This document shows, piece by piece, positions 1 to 8,703 of a stretch of DNA of 64,000 nt. The stretch lies in the IMG/VR virus record IMGVR_UViG_3300008107_000012; one strand, 5' to 3'. The notes under the pieces are model-generated. The model was not told the origin of the DNA. It was given only the letters and a program-made list of their open reading frames with translations, and did no database searches. Numbering within the stretch: position 1 is the first letter of the stretch; the number at the start of each line of letters is the position of its first letter. Position numbers and translations under genes: made by a program. The stretch comes from a virus.

Positions 1-2
1 TT

Positions 3-2339
3 GAACCAGTAAATCCTGGAACTGTTCGTGACTGTCGTGAGTTTTATAGTAAATATGAAAGTGTAGATGGGTTCGAGATTTATGGAAACGACCGTTATAT
101 CTACCAATACATCTCAGAAAAGTATCCAGAGGATGAAATCAAGTTTGATATTAGTAAAATTAAACTTGTGACTCTAGATATTGAGGTTGCCTCTGAGGGA
201 GGATTCCCTGATGTAGAATCTGCTTCGGAGGAAATTCTTTCTATTACAATTCAGGATTATACAACGAAGAAGATTGTTACTTGGGGAGTTAAACCTTTCA
301 AGCATAATCGTAAAGATCTGACTTATCATCATTGTCCTTCTGAGTATGAACTTCTCAATCATTTTATTAACTATTGGATGATTGATGTTCCTGATGTGAT
401 TACTGGATGGAACATTCAGATGTATGACGTTCCCTATATCTGCAAGAGACTTAATCGGGTTCTTGGAGAGAAACTAATGAAGCGTTTCTCAAACTGGGGA
501 CTTGTGACTGAGGGTGAAGTATTCATCAATGGACGTAAGCACACCACGTTTGATGTTGGTGGTTTGACTCAACTTGACTATCTAGATCTTTATAAGAAAT
601 TCACTTATAAGGTTCAGGAATCTTATCGTCTGGATTATATTGCTGAGGTAGAACTTGGACAGAAAAAACTAGATCACTCTGAGTTTGATACGTTCAAAGA
701 TTTCTATACTAAGGGTTGGCAAAAGTTCATTGAATATAACATCATTGACGTAGAACTTGTTGACCGTCTGGAAGACAAGATGAAACTGATTGAACTTGCT
801 CTGACGATGGCATATGACGCAAAAGTGAATTATGCTGATGTGTTTTATCAGGTTCGTATGTGGGATAATATCATCTACACTTATCTTAAGAAGAAGAATA
901 TTGTAATCCCTCCAAAGAACAAGACAAAGAAAGATGAGAAGTATGAAGGTGCTTATGTAAAAGAACCGATTCCTGGAATGTATGATTGGGTGGTGAGTTT
1001 TGACTTGAACTCTCTATACCCTCACCTGATTATGCAATACAACATCTCACCAGAAACTCTGATGGAGGAACGTCATCCCACAGTTAATGTAGATAAAATC
1101 CTCAATCAAGAACTTACGTTTGAGATGTATAAGGATTATGCGGTGTGTGCGAATGGTGCAATGTTCCGTAAGGATGTCCGTGGATTTCTTCCTGAGTTGA
1201 TGGAGAAGATCTACAATGAACGTGTGATCTTCAAGAAGAAAATGCTTGCGGCAGAGCAAGAGTATGAGAAGACTAAGAATAAAGAATTAGTCAAAGAGAT
1301 TGCCCGATGTAACAACATTCAGATGGCTCGTAAGATTCAACTCAACTCTGCTTATGGTGCAATTGGAAACCAGTATTTCCGTTACTATAAACTGGCAAAT
1401 GCTGAGGCAATTACTCTTTCGGGTAAGGTTTCAATTCAGTGGATTATGAATAAGATGAATTCTTATGTAAATAAAATTCTTAAGACGGAAGGGGAAGATT
1501 ATGTTATTGCTTCTGATACTGATTCTATCTATCTCAATATGGGTCCTTTGGTTGAAACTATATTCAAAGGAAGAGAGAAAACTACTCAAGACGTTGTTTC
1601 GTTCCTTGATAAGATCTGTCAGGTGGAACTTGAAAAATATATTGAAGGTTCTTACCAAGAACTGGCGAATTATGTGAATGCTTACGATCAGAAGATGATT
1701 ATGAAGCGTGAATGTATTGCCGAACGTGGAATTTGGACTGCAAAGAAACGATACATTCTGAGTGTCTGGGATAGTGAAGGTGTTCGTTATGAATCTCCTA
1801 AACTAAAGATTAAAGGTATTGAAGCAATCAAATCTTCTACTCCTGCTCCTTGTCGTAAGATGCTAAAAGATGCATTTAATATTCTGATGAGTGGAAGTGA
1901 GGATGATATGATTAAATTTATTGATGATTTTCGTTTTAAATTTAAGAAGTTATCCCCCGAAGAAATTTCATTCCCACGTTCAGCATCCGATGTTCAAAAA
2001 TATACATCACATTCTCAAATTTATGTTAAAGGAACACCAATTCACGTTCGTGGAGCACTTCTTTTCAATTATTATGTAAAACAAAATAATCTTGCTGGAA
2101 AATATTCTCTTATTCAAAATGGAGAAAAGATTAAATTTGTTTATCTGAAAAAACCAAATATTATTCACGAAAACGTAATTTCATTTATTCAAGAGTTTCC
2201 TAAGGAACTCAATCTTGACAAATACATAGATTATGAACTACAATTTGAGAAAGCATTTCTAGAACCACTTCGTGTTATTCTTGATATTATCGGGTGGAAT
2301 GTAGAAAAGACAGCAAACCTTGAATCATTTTTTGCCTAA
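3..2339 (+). CDS. gp43: Family B DNA polymerase (T4 gp43-like), 5' end truncated by the window
   Basis: Frame is open from base 3 (EPVNPGTVRDCREF...). Motifs: ExoI DIE, SFDLNSLYP, KIQLNSAYG, SDTDS, KKRY. Confidence 0.97.
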   Translation, partial: EPVNPGTVRDCREFYSKYESVDGFEIYGNDRYIYQYISEKYPEDEIKFDISKIKLVTLDIEVASEGGFPDVESASEEILSITIQDYTTKKIVTWGVKPFKHNRKDLTYHHCPSEYELLNHFINYWMIDVPDVITGWNIQMYDVPYICKRLNRVLGEKLMKRFSNWGLVTEGEVFINGRKHTTFDVGGLTQLDYLDLYKKFTYKVQESYRLDYIAEVELGQKKLDHSEFDTFKDFYTKGWQKFIEYNIIDVELVDRLEDKMKLIELALTMAYDAKVNYADVFYQVRMWDNIIYTYLKKKNIVIPPKNKTKKDEKYEGAYVKEPIPGMYDWVVSFDLNSLYPHLIMQYNISPETLMEERHPTVNVDKILNQELTFEMYKDYAVCANGAMFRKDVRGFLPELMEKIYNERVIFKKKMLAAEQEYEKTKNKELVKEIARCNNIQMARKIQLNSAYGAIGNQYFRYYKLANAEAITLSGKVSIQWIMNKMNSYVNKILKTEGEDYVIASDTDSIYLNMGPLVETIFKGREKTTQDVVSFLDKICQVELEKYIEGSYQELANYVNAYDQKMIMKRECIAERGIWTAKKRYILSVWDSEGVRYESPKLKIKGIEAIKSSTPAPCRKMLKDAFNILMSGSEDDMIKFIDDFRFKFKKLSPEEISFPRSASDVQKYTSHSQIYVKGTPIHVRGALLFNYYVKQNNLAGKYSLIQNGEKIKFVYLKKPNIIHENVISFIQEFPKELNLDKYIDYELQFEKAFLEPLRVILDIIGWNVEKTANLESFFA

Positions 2340-3346
2340 TGGACTTTTTAAAAGATATTGTAAAAGAAATTGGTGATGATTACACCAAACTTGCATCAGA
2401 TATTGATGAGACTGAGACTTATGTTGACACAGGTTCGTATATTTTTAACGCACTGGTTTCAGGTAGTATTTTTGGCGGTGTCTCTGGGAATAAGATTACT
2501 GCTATTGCTGGAGAGTCTTCTACTGGAAAGACTTTCTTCAGCCTCGCCGTGGTTAAGAATTTCCTTGATAATCATCCCGATGGTTATTGTCTCTACTTTG
2601 ATACTGAGGCTGCCATTACAAAATCTCTTTTAGAGAGTCGTGGTATTGATACGGCAAGATTTGTTGTTATTAATGTTGTGACTGTAGAAGAGTTTCGTAC
2701 CAAAGCACTTAAAGCAGTTGATCTTTATATGAAGAAACCTGAAGAAGAACGTAGTCCTTGTATGTTTGTTCTTGATTCTTTGGGAATGCTCTCTACAAGC
2801 AAAGAGATTACTGACGCACTAAATGAAAAGGAAGTTAGGGATATGACTAAATCTCAACTTATCAAAGGTGCTTTCCGAATGCTCACACTTAAATTAGGTC
2901 AAGCAAATGTTCCACTCATTGTCACAAATCATACATACGATGTCATCGGAGCTTATGTACCAACGAAAGAAATGGGGGGAGGTTCTGGACTCAAATACGC
3001 AGCCTCTACAATCATTTATCTCTCAAAGAAGAAGGAAAAGGATGGAACAGAAGTGGTCGGAAATATTATCAAGGCTAAGACTGCTAAATCACGTCTAAGT
3101 AAGGAAAATAAAGATGTAGAGATTCGTCTTTTTTATGATGAACGTGGTCTTGATCGATATTACGGATTACTTGAACTCGGTGAAATTGGAGGACTTTGGA
3201 AGAATGTAGCAGGACGATATGAGATTGATGGTAAGAAGATTTATGCTAAACAAATTCTGAAAGAACCTGAAGTATATTTTACCGAAGAAGTAATGCAACA
3301 GTTGGACGAAATCGCACGTAAGGAATTTAGTTATGGAGAAAGTTGA
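2339..3346 (+). CDS. uvsX: RecA-like recombinase UvsX
   Basis: Walker A GESSTGKT; VLDSLG and MGGGSGLKY motifs; directly follows gp43. Confidence 0.95.
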   Translation: MDFLKDIVKEIGDDYTKLASDIDETETYVDTGSYIFNALVSGSIFGGVSGNKITAIAGESSTGKTFFSLAVVKNFLDNHPDGYCLYFDTEAAITKSLLESRGIDTARFVVINVVTVEEFRTKALKAVDLYMKKPEEERSPCMFVLDSLGMLSTSKEITDALNEKEVRDMTKSQLIKGAFRMLTLKLGQANVPLIVTNHTYDVIGAYVPTKEMGGGSGLKYAASTIIYLSKKKEKDGTEVVGNIIKAKTAKSRLSKENKDVEIRLFYDERGLDRYYGLLELGEIGGLWKNVAGRYEIDGKKIYAKQILKEPEVYFTEEVMQQLDEIARKEFSYGES

Positions 3347-4712
3347 GTTTCTAATTCTTAGAAACCTGTTACATAATGAAGAATACATTCGAAAAGTAAT
3401 ACCGTTTATCAAATCTGAATATTTTGTAGATACAAATCAAAAGATTGTATTTGAAGAAATGCTTTCTTTTGTTCAAGAATACAATCAACCCGCAACTAAA
3501 GAAGTTCTTTGTATTGAAGTAGAAAAACGTCAGGATATCAATGACACTTCTTTTAAGGAAATCATTCAATTAATTTCTTCTCTTGAAGATGTTCCTGTCG
3601 AGTTCAACTGGTTAGTTGACTGTACTGAAAAGTGGTGTCGTGATCGTGCCATTTATCTAGCACTTATGGAGTCTATTCATATTGCTGATGGAAAAGATGA
3701 AAAGAAGAATCGTGACAGTATTCCTTCTATTCTTTCTGATGCTCTTGCTGTGAGTTTTGATACTCATATAGGTCACGATTATCTACAAGACTATGAGCAA
3801 AGATATGAGTCATACCACAAAAAGGAGGATAAAATTGAATTTGATCTTGAATACTTTAACAAAATTACCAAAGGCGGTCTCCCTAACAAGACTCTTAATA
3901 TCGCTCTTGCTGGTACGGGTGTCGGCAAGTCTTTATTCATGTGCCATGTTGCTAGCTCCGTCTTGCTCCAAGGACGGAACGTTCTGTACATTACGTTGGA
4001 AATGGCAGAAGAGCGCATTGCTGAAAGAATTGACGCAAACCTTTTGAATGTTCCTATCCAAGATATTGTTGACCTTCCTAAGCAAATGTTTGAGAATAAG
4101 GTCAACAATCTTGCAAAGAAGACTCAAGGAACTCTTATAATTAAGGAATATCCTACTGCTTCCGCACATGCAGGACACTTTAAGTCACTTCTTAATGAAC
4201 TTGCACTTAAGAAGTCATTTAGACCTGATATTATTTTTATTGATTACCTTAATATTTGTGCTTCCTCTAGGTATCGCGGAAACAGTAACATTAATTCTTA
4301 TACTTTCGTCAAGGCAATTGCTGAGGAACTTAGGGGGCTCGCAGTTGAGTTTAATGTCCCGATTGTCTCCGCTACTCAGACCACTCGTTCAGGTTATGGT
4401 AGTTCTGATGTTGAACTTACTGATACTTCTGAATCCTTTGGTCTTCCTGCTACTGCTGACCTTATGTTTGCCCTTATTAGCACTGAAGAGTTGGAAGGTC
4501 TTGGACAAATACTGGTGAAACAACTTAAGAATCGTTATAATGACCCAACCATTCATAAGAGGTTTGTGGTTGGTATCGATAGGGCAAAAATGCGTCTTTA
4601 TGACTGCGAACAATCTGCTCAAAATGATATCCTTGACAATGGAAAGGAAGAAGAGTATGATTATCACGAAGAAAACAAACCTAAAAAATCATTTGAAGGA
4701 TTTAAATTCTAA
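3333..4712 (+). CDS. gp41: Replicative helicase (gp41, DnaB-like)
   Basis: Walker A AGTGVGKS; ITLEM, IDYL, SATQTTR and KNRY motifs. Confidence 0.95.
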   Translation: MEKVEFLILRNLLHNEEYIRKVIPFIKSEYFVDTNQKIVFEEMLSFVQEYNQPATKEVLCIEVEKRQDINDTSFKEIIQLISSLEDVPVEFNWLVDCTEKWCRDRAIYLALMESIHIADGKDEKKNRDSIPSILSDALAVSFDTHIGHDYLQDYEQRYESYHKKEDKIEFDLEYFNKITKGGLPNKTLNIALAGTGVGKSLFMCHVASSVLLQGRNVLYITLEMAEERIAERIDANLLNVPIQDIVDLPKQMFENKVNNLAKKTQGTLIIKEYPTASAHAGHFKSLLNELALKKSFRPDIIFIDYLNICASSRYRGNSNINSYTFVKAIAEELRGLAVEFNVPIVSATQTTRSGYGSSDVELTDTSESFGLPATADLMFALISTEELEGLGQILVKQLKNRYNDPTIHKRFVVGIDRAKMRLYDCEQSAQNDILDNGKEEEYDYHEENKPKKSFEGFKF

Positions 4713-5125
4713 TGACTAAAGTTATTGATACAAACAAATATATTGAATTCGTTCGTCAAACTACAAGTCCTGCAAGTAGTGATTTTGCACAACTTCTTGC
4801 ACGTATGACTGAACTTGAAGCACAAGATGATGCTGATGTTCCTCGTCTTCTCACTGCTGCTCTGGGTATGAGTGCAGAAGCAGGTGAGTTTACTGAAGTT
4901 GTGAAGAAGATTGTTCTTCAAGGCAAACCATACAATGAAGAAAATGCTTTTCACCTGAAGCGTGAACTTGGTGATATCTGTTGGTATCTCTCTCAGGCAT
5001 TTATGGCTCTTGATACTAACTTTGAGGAGATTCTTCAGATGAACTTTGAGAAACTGAGTGCTCGTTATCCTGAAGGTACTTTTGATGTTTATCGTTCCGA
5101 AAATCGTGTGGAGGGAGACCTGTGA
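4712..5125 (+). CDS. mazG: MazG-like nucleotide pyrophosphohydrolase
   Basis: EAGE...ELGD acidic motifs; conserved position after gp41 in cyanomyophages. Confidence 0.9.
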   Translation: MTKVIDTNKYIEFVRQTTSPASSDFAQLLARMTELEAQDDADVPRLLTAALGMSAEAGEFTEVVKKIVLQGKPYNEENAFHLKRELGDICWYLSQAFMALDTNFEEILQMNFEKLSARYPEGTFDVYRSENRVEGDL

Positions 5126-5298
5126 GTAAAGTAACTATTAAAATGGATGCTCGTCAAGCAGCAGCAATTCGTCAAATTCTTTTTGATGCACAAAAGGGAT
5201 ATACTTATGATGAGGTAAGTGTTCCTCCTCGTATCTCTGATGTTCGTGAAGTCATTCAACAACTTGATAATAGTATTGGTGCAGTTCTTGGTATCTGA
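5122..5298 (+). CDS. Small hypothetical protein (58 aa, MSKVTIKMDARQAAAIRQ...)
   Basis: GTGA overlap with the mazG stop; read by hand, below the ORF-track cutoff. Confidence 0.65.
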   Translation: MSKVTIKMDARQAAAIRQILFDAQKGYTYDEVSVPPRISDVREVIQQLDNSIGAVLGI

Positions 5299-5318
5299 TA
5301 AATACTTAGAAAACAGCA

Positions 5319-5828
5319 ATGTACTTTTCTGAGTGGAGAAAACTTCAAAGAGACTGTGGGATGTTTAATATCTCGCAGTCTTTTGTTGCAGAAGGAATAT
5401 CAAGAAATGACTTTGAAAACGTAGTTCATACCTTTCTTCCCTTTGTAAAAAAAGAATTGAGAATTAAAGAACTTCCAAAAATTCATTTTGTTGATGACCC
5501 AAAATTTGCAAGAAGAATCGCAGCATTTGGACAGATTAAAGATAATCGTATCGTAATTGATATTCAAGGTCGTCAGACGATGGATATTCTAAGAACAGTT
5601 GCACACGAACTTACTCATTATAGTCAACATAGAACTGGGGTACGTGGGAGTGGTAAAGCAGGAAGTCCTACTGAGAATGAAGCAAATAGACTTGCTGGAA
5701 CAATTGTAAGAAAGTTTGGAGAAAAGAATCCTAATTTATTTGCACTCCCTTCAGTCAATGAAGCAAAAAAGAAGAAAAAGAAAACAATAAACATTGATTC
5801 TGAGCATTATCCTATGGAACTTGTTTAG
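5319..5828 (+). CDS. Late protein with zincin-like HExxH motif
   Basis: AHELTH followed by ENEA; TAAATA late promoter just upstream. Confidence 0.65.
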   Translation: MYFSEWRKLQRDCGMFNISQSFVAEGISRNDFENVVHTFLPFVKKELRIKELPKIHFVDDPKFARRIAAFGQIKDNRIVIDIQGRQTMDILRTVAHELTHYSQHRTGVRGSGKAGSPTENEANRLAGTIVRKFGEKNPNLFALPSVNEAKKKKKKTINIDSEHYPMELV

Positions 5829-5860
5829 GTTATAAATAACTAAAAATATTAGAAAAAAAA

Positions 5861-6559
5861 ATGTCTAGAATTACTGGAAAAGATGCTCTTGAACTCTTCA
5901 AAGCATATCAAACTGTATATGCTCCTCAGGAAATGACCGAAGAGCAAATTTGGGAAGAAGTTGAGAATTGGGTAAATTCACTTCTAGAAGAAGGTTATGA
6001 CCTGAGTGATTATACTTGGGAAGATATGTATGAGGCTTATGTTGATGAAGAAAGAGCACCTGGTGTAAAACCATATCGTCCAGGACCAACTCAGGCAGAA
6101 GTAAGAGCAAATGCTGCAAAGGCAGCAAAGCAAAAGGCAGAATCTGGTAAGGGTAAGAGTGGTTATGGTCCTGACGAGAAGTTCAAGGATTGGAAGGACA
6201 AAGCAACTCCCGCAAGTACTTTAAAGAGAAAAGGCGGAGAAACCGAAACAGTTTCTCAAAGAATGAATAGAGAAAAGCCCTATGCCAAGAGAATGACTGG
6301 GCAGATGGCAAGAGAGTATGGAAGCCGTCATGCTGCTGAAGTCACCCGTGTTGTAAAAGGTGCTGGTGAACCACAAGCAGTTACCTATCCAAGAAAGGGT
6401 TCTAAAGTATCGAAAGAAGTCATTCGTAAAGAGCACGTAGATGTTTATGATGTAGTTCTTTCACATCTTCTCGATGAAGGATATGCTAACTCTGTAGATG
6501 CTGCAGAAAAGATTATGGTTAATATGAGTGAGAAGTGGATTGAAAGTATTCTAGGTTGA
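5861..6559 (+). CDS. Late hypothetical protein, probable head-internal protein
   Basis: TATAAATA upstream; acidic 'LLEEGYDLS'/'LLDEGYA' modules flank a basic segment. Confidence 0.6.
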   Translation: MSRITGKDALELFKAYQTVYAPQEMTEEQIWEEVENWVNSLLEEGYDLSDYTWEDMYEAYVDEERAPGVKPYRPGPTQAEVRANAAKAAKQKAESGKGKSGYGPDEKFKDWKDKATPASTLKRKGGETETVSQRMNREKPYAKRMTGQMAREYGSRHAAEVTRVVKGAGEPQAVTYPRKGSKVSKEVIRKEHVDVYDVVLSHLLDEGYANSVDAAEKIMVNMSEKWIESILG

Positions 6560-6580
6560 TATAAAATAAATTAAAATTAT

Positions 6581-6613
6581 TCCCCCCCTTTTCTAAATAC
6601 AAGAAAGGGGGGA
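6581..6613 (+). promoter_or_regulatory. Hairpin with late promoter in the loop; 3' arm covers the RBS of the 6620 ORF
   Basis: TCCCCCCCTTTTC-TAAATAC-AAGAAAGGGGGGA, followed by a T run. Confidence 0.65.
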
Positions 6614-6619
6614 TTTTTT

Positions 6620-7381
6620 ATGGCTTTAAATAAAGGACAACTATATGAAAGAAATCTCTTTAATGAGTTGAAAAAAAATGGTAAAGTTCCGCAAAATATT
6701 ACTACTACAGAACAAATAGAGGGGCAAGATATTACTGTTTATAATAGGCGAGGAGAATCTGGAATTGAAATTAAGTCAACCTCTAGTGCTGCTTTTGGGT
6801 CTGGAACTTTAAAATTTGATTACTCTGACTCTATTAAACCTTGGAAACTTTTGAAAAAATCTAGTGAAGATGAGGATGGTGAAGAAATAACCCCCACAGA
6901 TATTATGGGTGATATTGCTAAAACTTATAAAATTGCGGAAAAAGTAAATAAAAAATGGTATACTGATAATGGAAACTATTATCCTCTTTATTTGGAAGAA
7001 GATAATAAAACCCCAGTTGCAAAAATAAAAGCAATTCCAAGGTCAAAGAGAGGACAAAGAGATTTTGAAGTTTTGCACGAATTTAAAATTCGTTGCAATA
7101 AAAGTGATATTGAAGATTATTATACATCTAAAGGAGCTTACTATATCCAAATTAAAGGAAAAGGGTTATATTGGTTTGGCAAAAAAGACCCATTAAATAT
7201 ATCGTCGATGATTACTCGATTTAATCCAACAGAAACTTATATTAGAGTTAGAGTTCATAATAAAGGTGGTGGGAAGTATAATTTTTCTTATGGATTATAC
7301 ATAAGAAATCTTTCTGCATCCAAACTTGATTTGGATAATGATACTAATCCATCTTGGCTTGGTCCTTCAGGTAATCCATAA
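6620..7381 (+). CDS. Putative PD-(D/E)xK (restriction-like) endonuclease
   Basis: N-terminal G..YE helix, then QDI...GIEIK; basic C-terminus. Confidence 0.5.
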   Translation: MALNKGQLYERNLFNELKKNGKVPQNITTTEQIEGQDITVYNRRGESGIEIKSTSSAAFGSGTLKFDYSDSIKPWKLLKKSSEDEDGEEITPTDIMGDIAKTYKIAEKVNKKWYTDNGNYYPLYLEEDNKTPVAKIKAIPRSKRGQRDFEVLHEFKIRCNKSDIEDYYTSKGAYYIQIKGKGLYWFGKKDPLNISSMITRFNPTETYIRVRVHNKGGGKYNFSYGLYIRNLSASKLDLDNDTNPSWLGPSGNP

Positions 7382-7401
7382 ATAATTAGAAAACCTATAA
7401 G

Positions 7402-8703
7402 ATGAAAAGATTTACTCAATTTATTATAGAAGCAAAAGAAACTAGAGCATCTGAGCAAGCCAAAAAGCTTGGTCTAGTTGGTGACGGGCATGGAGATTGG
7501 TATAATTCTCAGGGTGAATTTGTAGCAAAAACAGTAAGTGGAAAACTTGAGTTTTTCAATAAAGGACAAAGAGTAGGTCAAAGAGATATTCCCCCAAAAG
7601 CAGGAGCAGCAGGTGCTCAGGCAGCACCACAGGCACAAGCAGCACCATCTCAAGGTCAACCAGTCGCACCACAACCAGTGGGAGCAGACCAGCAGCAACC
7701 AGTTCGTGGTGAAGATGAATTCTTGACTGTTGTATTTGCAAAGTTTAATCCTCCCACAAAAGAACATAAAAAATTATTCTCAACCGCACAAAGAGTTTCT
7801 GCTGGTGGTGAATTTAGAATTTATCCATCGAGAACACAAGATTCAAAACAAAATCCATTGAATCCAAATAGAAAAATTTCTTATTTGAGAAAGATGTTCC
7901 CAGAAATTGCGGAATTGATAGTTAATAACCCTGAGATGAAAACAATATTTGATGTATTAGTTGCAGCAAATGAAGATGGATATTCTAATATCAATATTGT
8001 AGTTGGTTCTGATAGATTATCTGAAATGCAAAGTCTTTCTGCAAAACATAATGGAACTTTCTATCAATTTAATGAAATAAAAGTTATTCCTACTGGAAAT
8101 TTTGATTCTGAAAAAGATTCTAGTGGGATTTCTTCTGGAATGCTAAGAAAAGCCGCAGCAGATAATAATATTCGTGAATTTAAACGTGGAATGCCTAAGG
8201 GTATGACTGAAAATGATGTAAAAAAACTTCTTAATGATGTAAGAAAGGGAATGGGATTAAAGCAAGAAGTTGCAGAAAATTATAATCTTTGGGAAATTGC
8301 TCCGGATCTTGATTATAAAAATTTAAGAGAAAATTATGTAAGAAATAAAATTTTTAGAATTGGTGATATTGTTGAAAATATGAATACTGGTTTAGTTGGA
8401 AAAGTGATTCGTAGAGGCACAAATTATTTAATTTGCGTAACGGAAGATGATGTAATGTTCAAATCTTGGATTAAAGACTTGGCAGAATATACTGAAGTGA
8501 AAATGGATAGTCCTATGAGAGATGAAAAGCATCCAAATACTCTTGTTGGGACTTTAGGTGCTTTTAAACATTATGCTTCTTTAACTCCCGGTGCAATTGG
8601 AACTAATAGTAAGAATCTGCAAAGGGGAGGTAAAGCATATGGAGTAAATTTCATAAATAAGTATAGAAAAATAAAAGAAAGCATTTATTCTAATGGATAC
8701 TAA
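7402..8703 (+). CDS. Cyanophage cytidyltransferase-like (NadD/HxGH superfamily) protein
   Basis: FAKFNPPT..H, NPL, VVGSDR and ISSGMLRKAA motifs. Confidence 0.8.
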   Translation: MKRFTQFIIEAKETRASEQAKKLGLVGDGHGDWYNSQGEFVAKTVSGKLEFFNKGQRVGQRDIPPKAGAAGAQAAPQAQAAPSQGQPVAPQPVGADQQQPVRGEDEFLTVVFAKFNPPTKEHKKLFSTAQRVSAGGEFRIYPSRTQDSKQNPLNPNRKISYLRKMFPEIAELIVNNPEMKTIFDVLVAANEDGYSNINIVVGSDRLSEMQSLSAKHNGTFYQFNEIKVIPTGNFDSEKDSSGISSGMLRKAAADNNIREFKRGMPKGMTENDVKKLLNDVRKGMGLKQEVAENYNLWEIAPDLDYKNLRENYVRNKIFRIGDIVENMNTGLVGKVIRRGTNYLICVTEDDVMFKSWIKDLAEYTEVKMDSPMRDEKHPNTLVGTLGAFKHYASLTPGAIGTNSKNLQRGGKAYGVNFINKYRKIKESIYSNGY

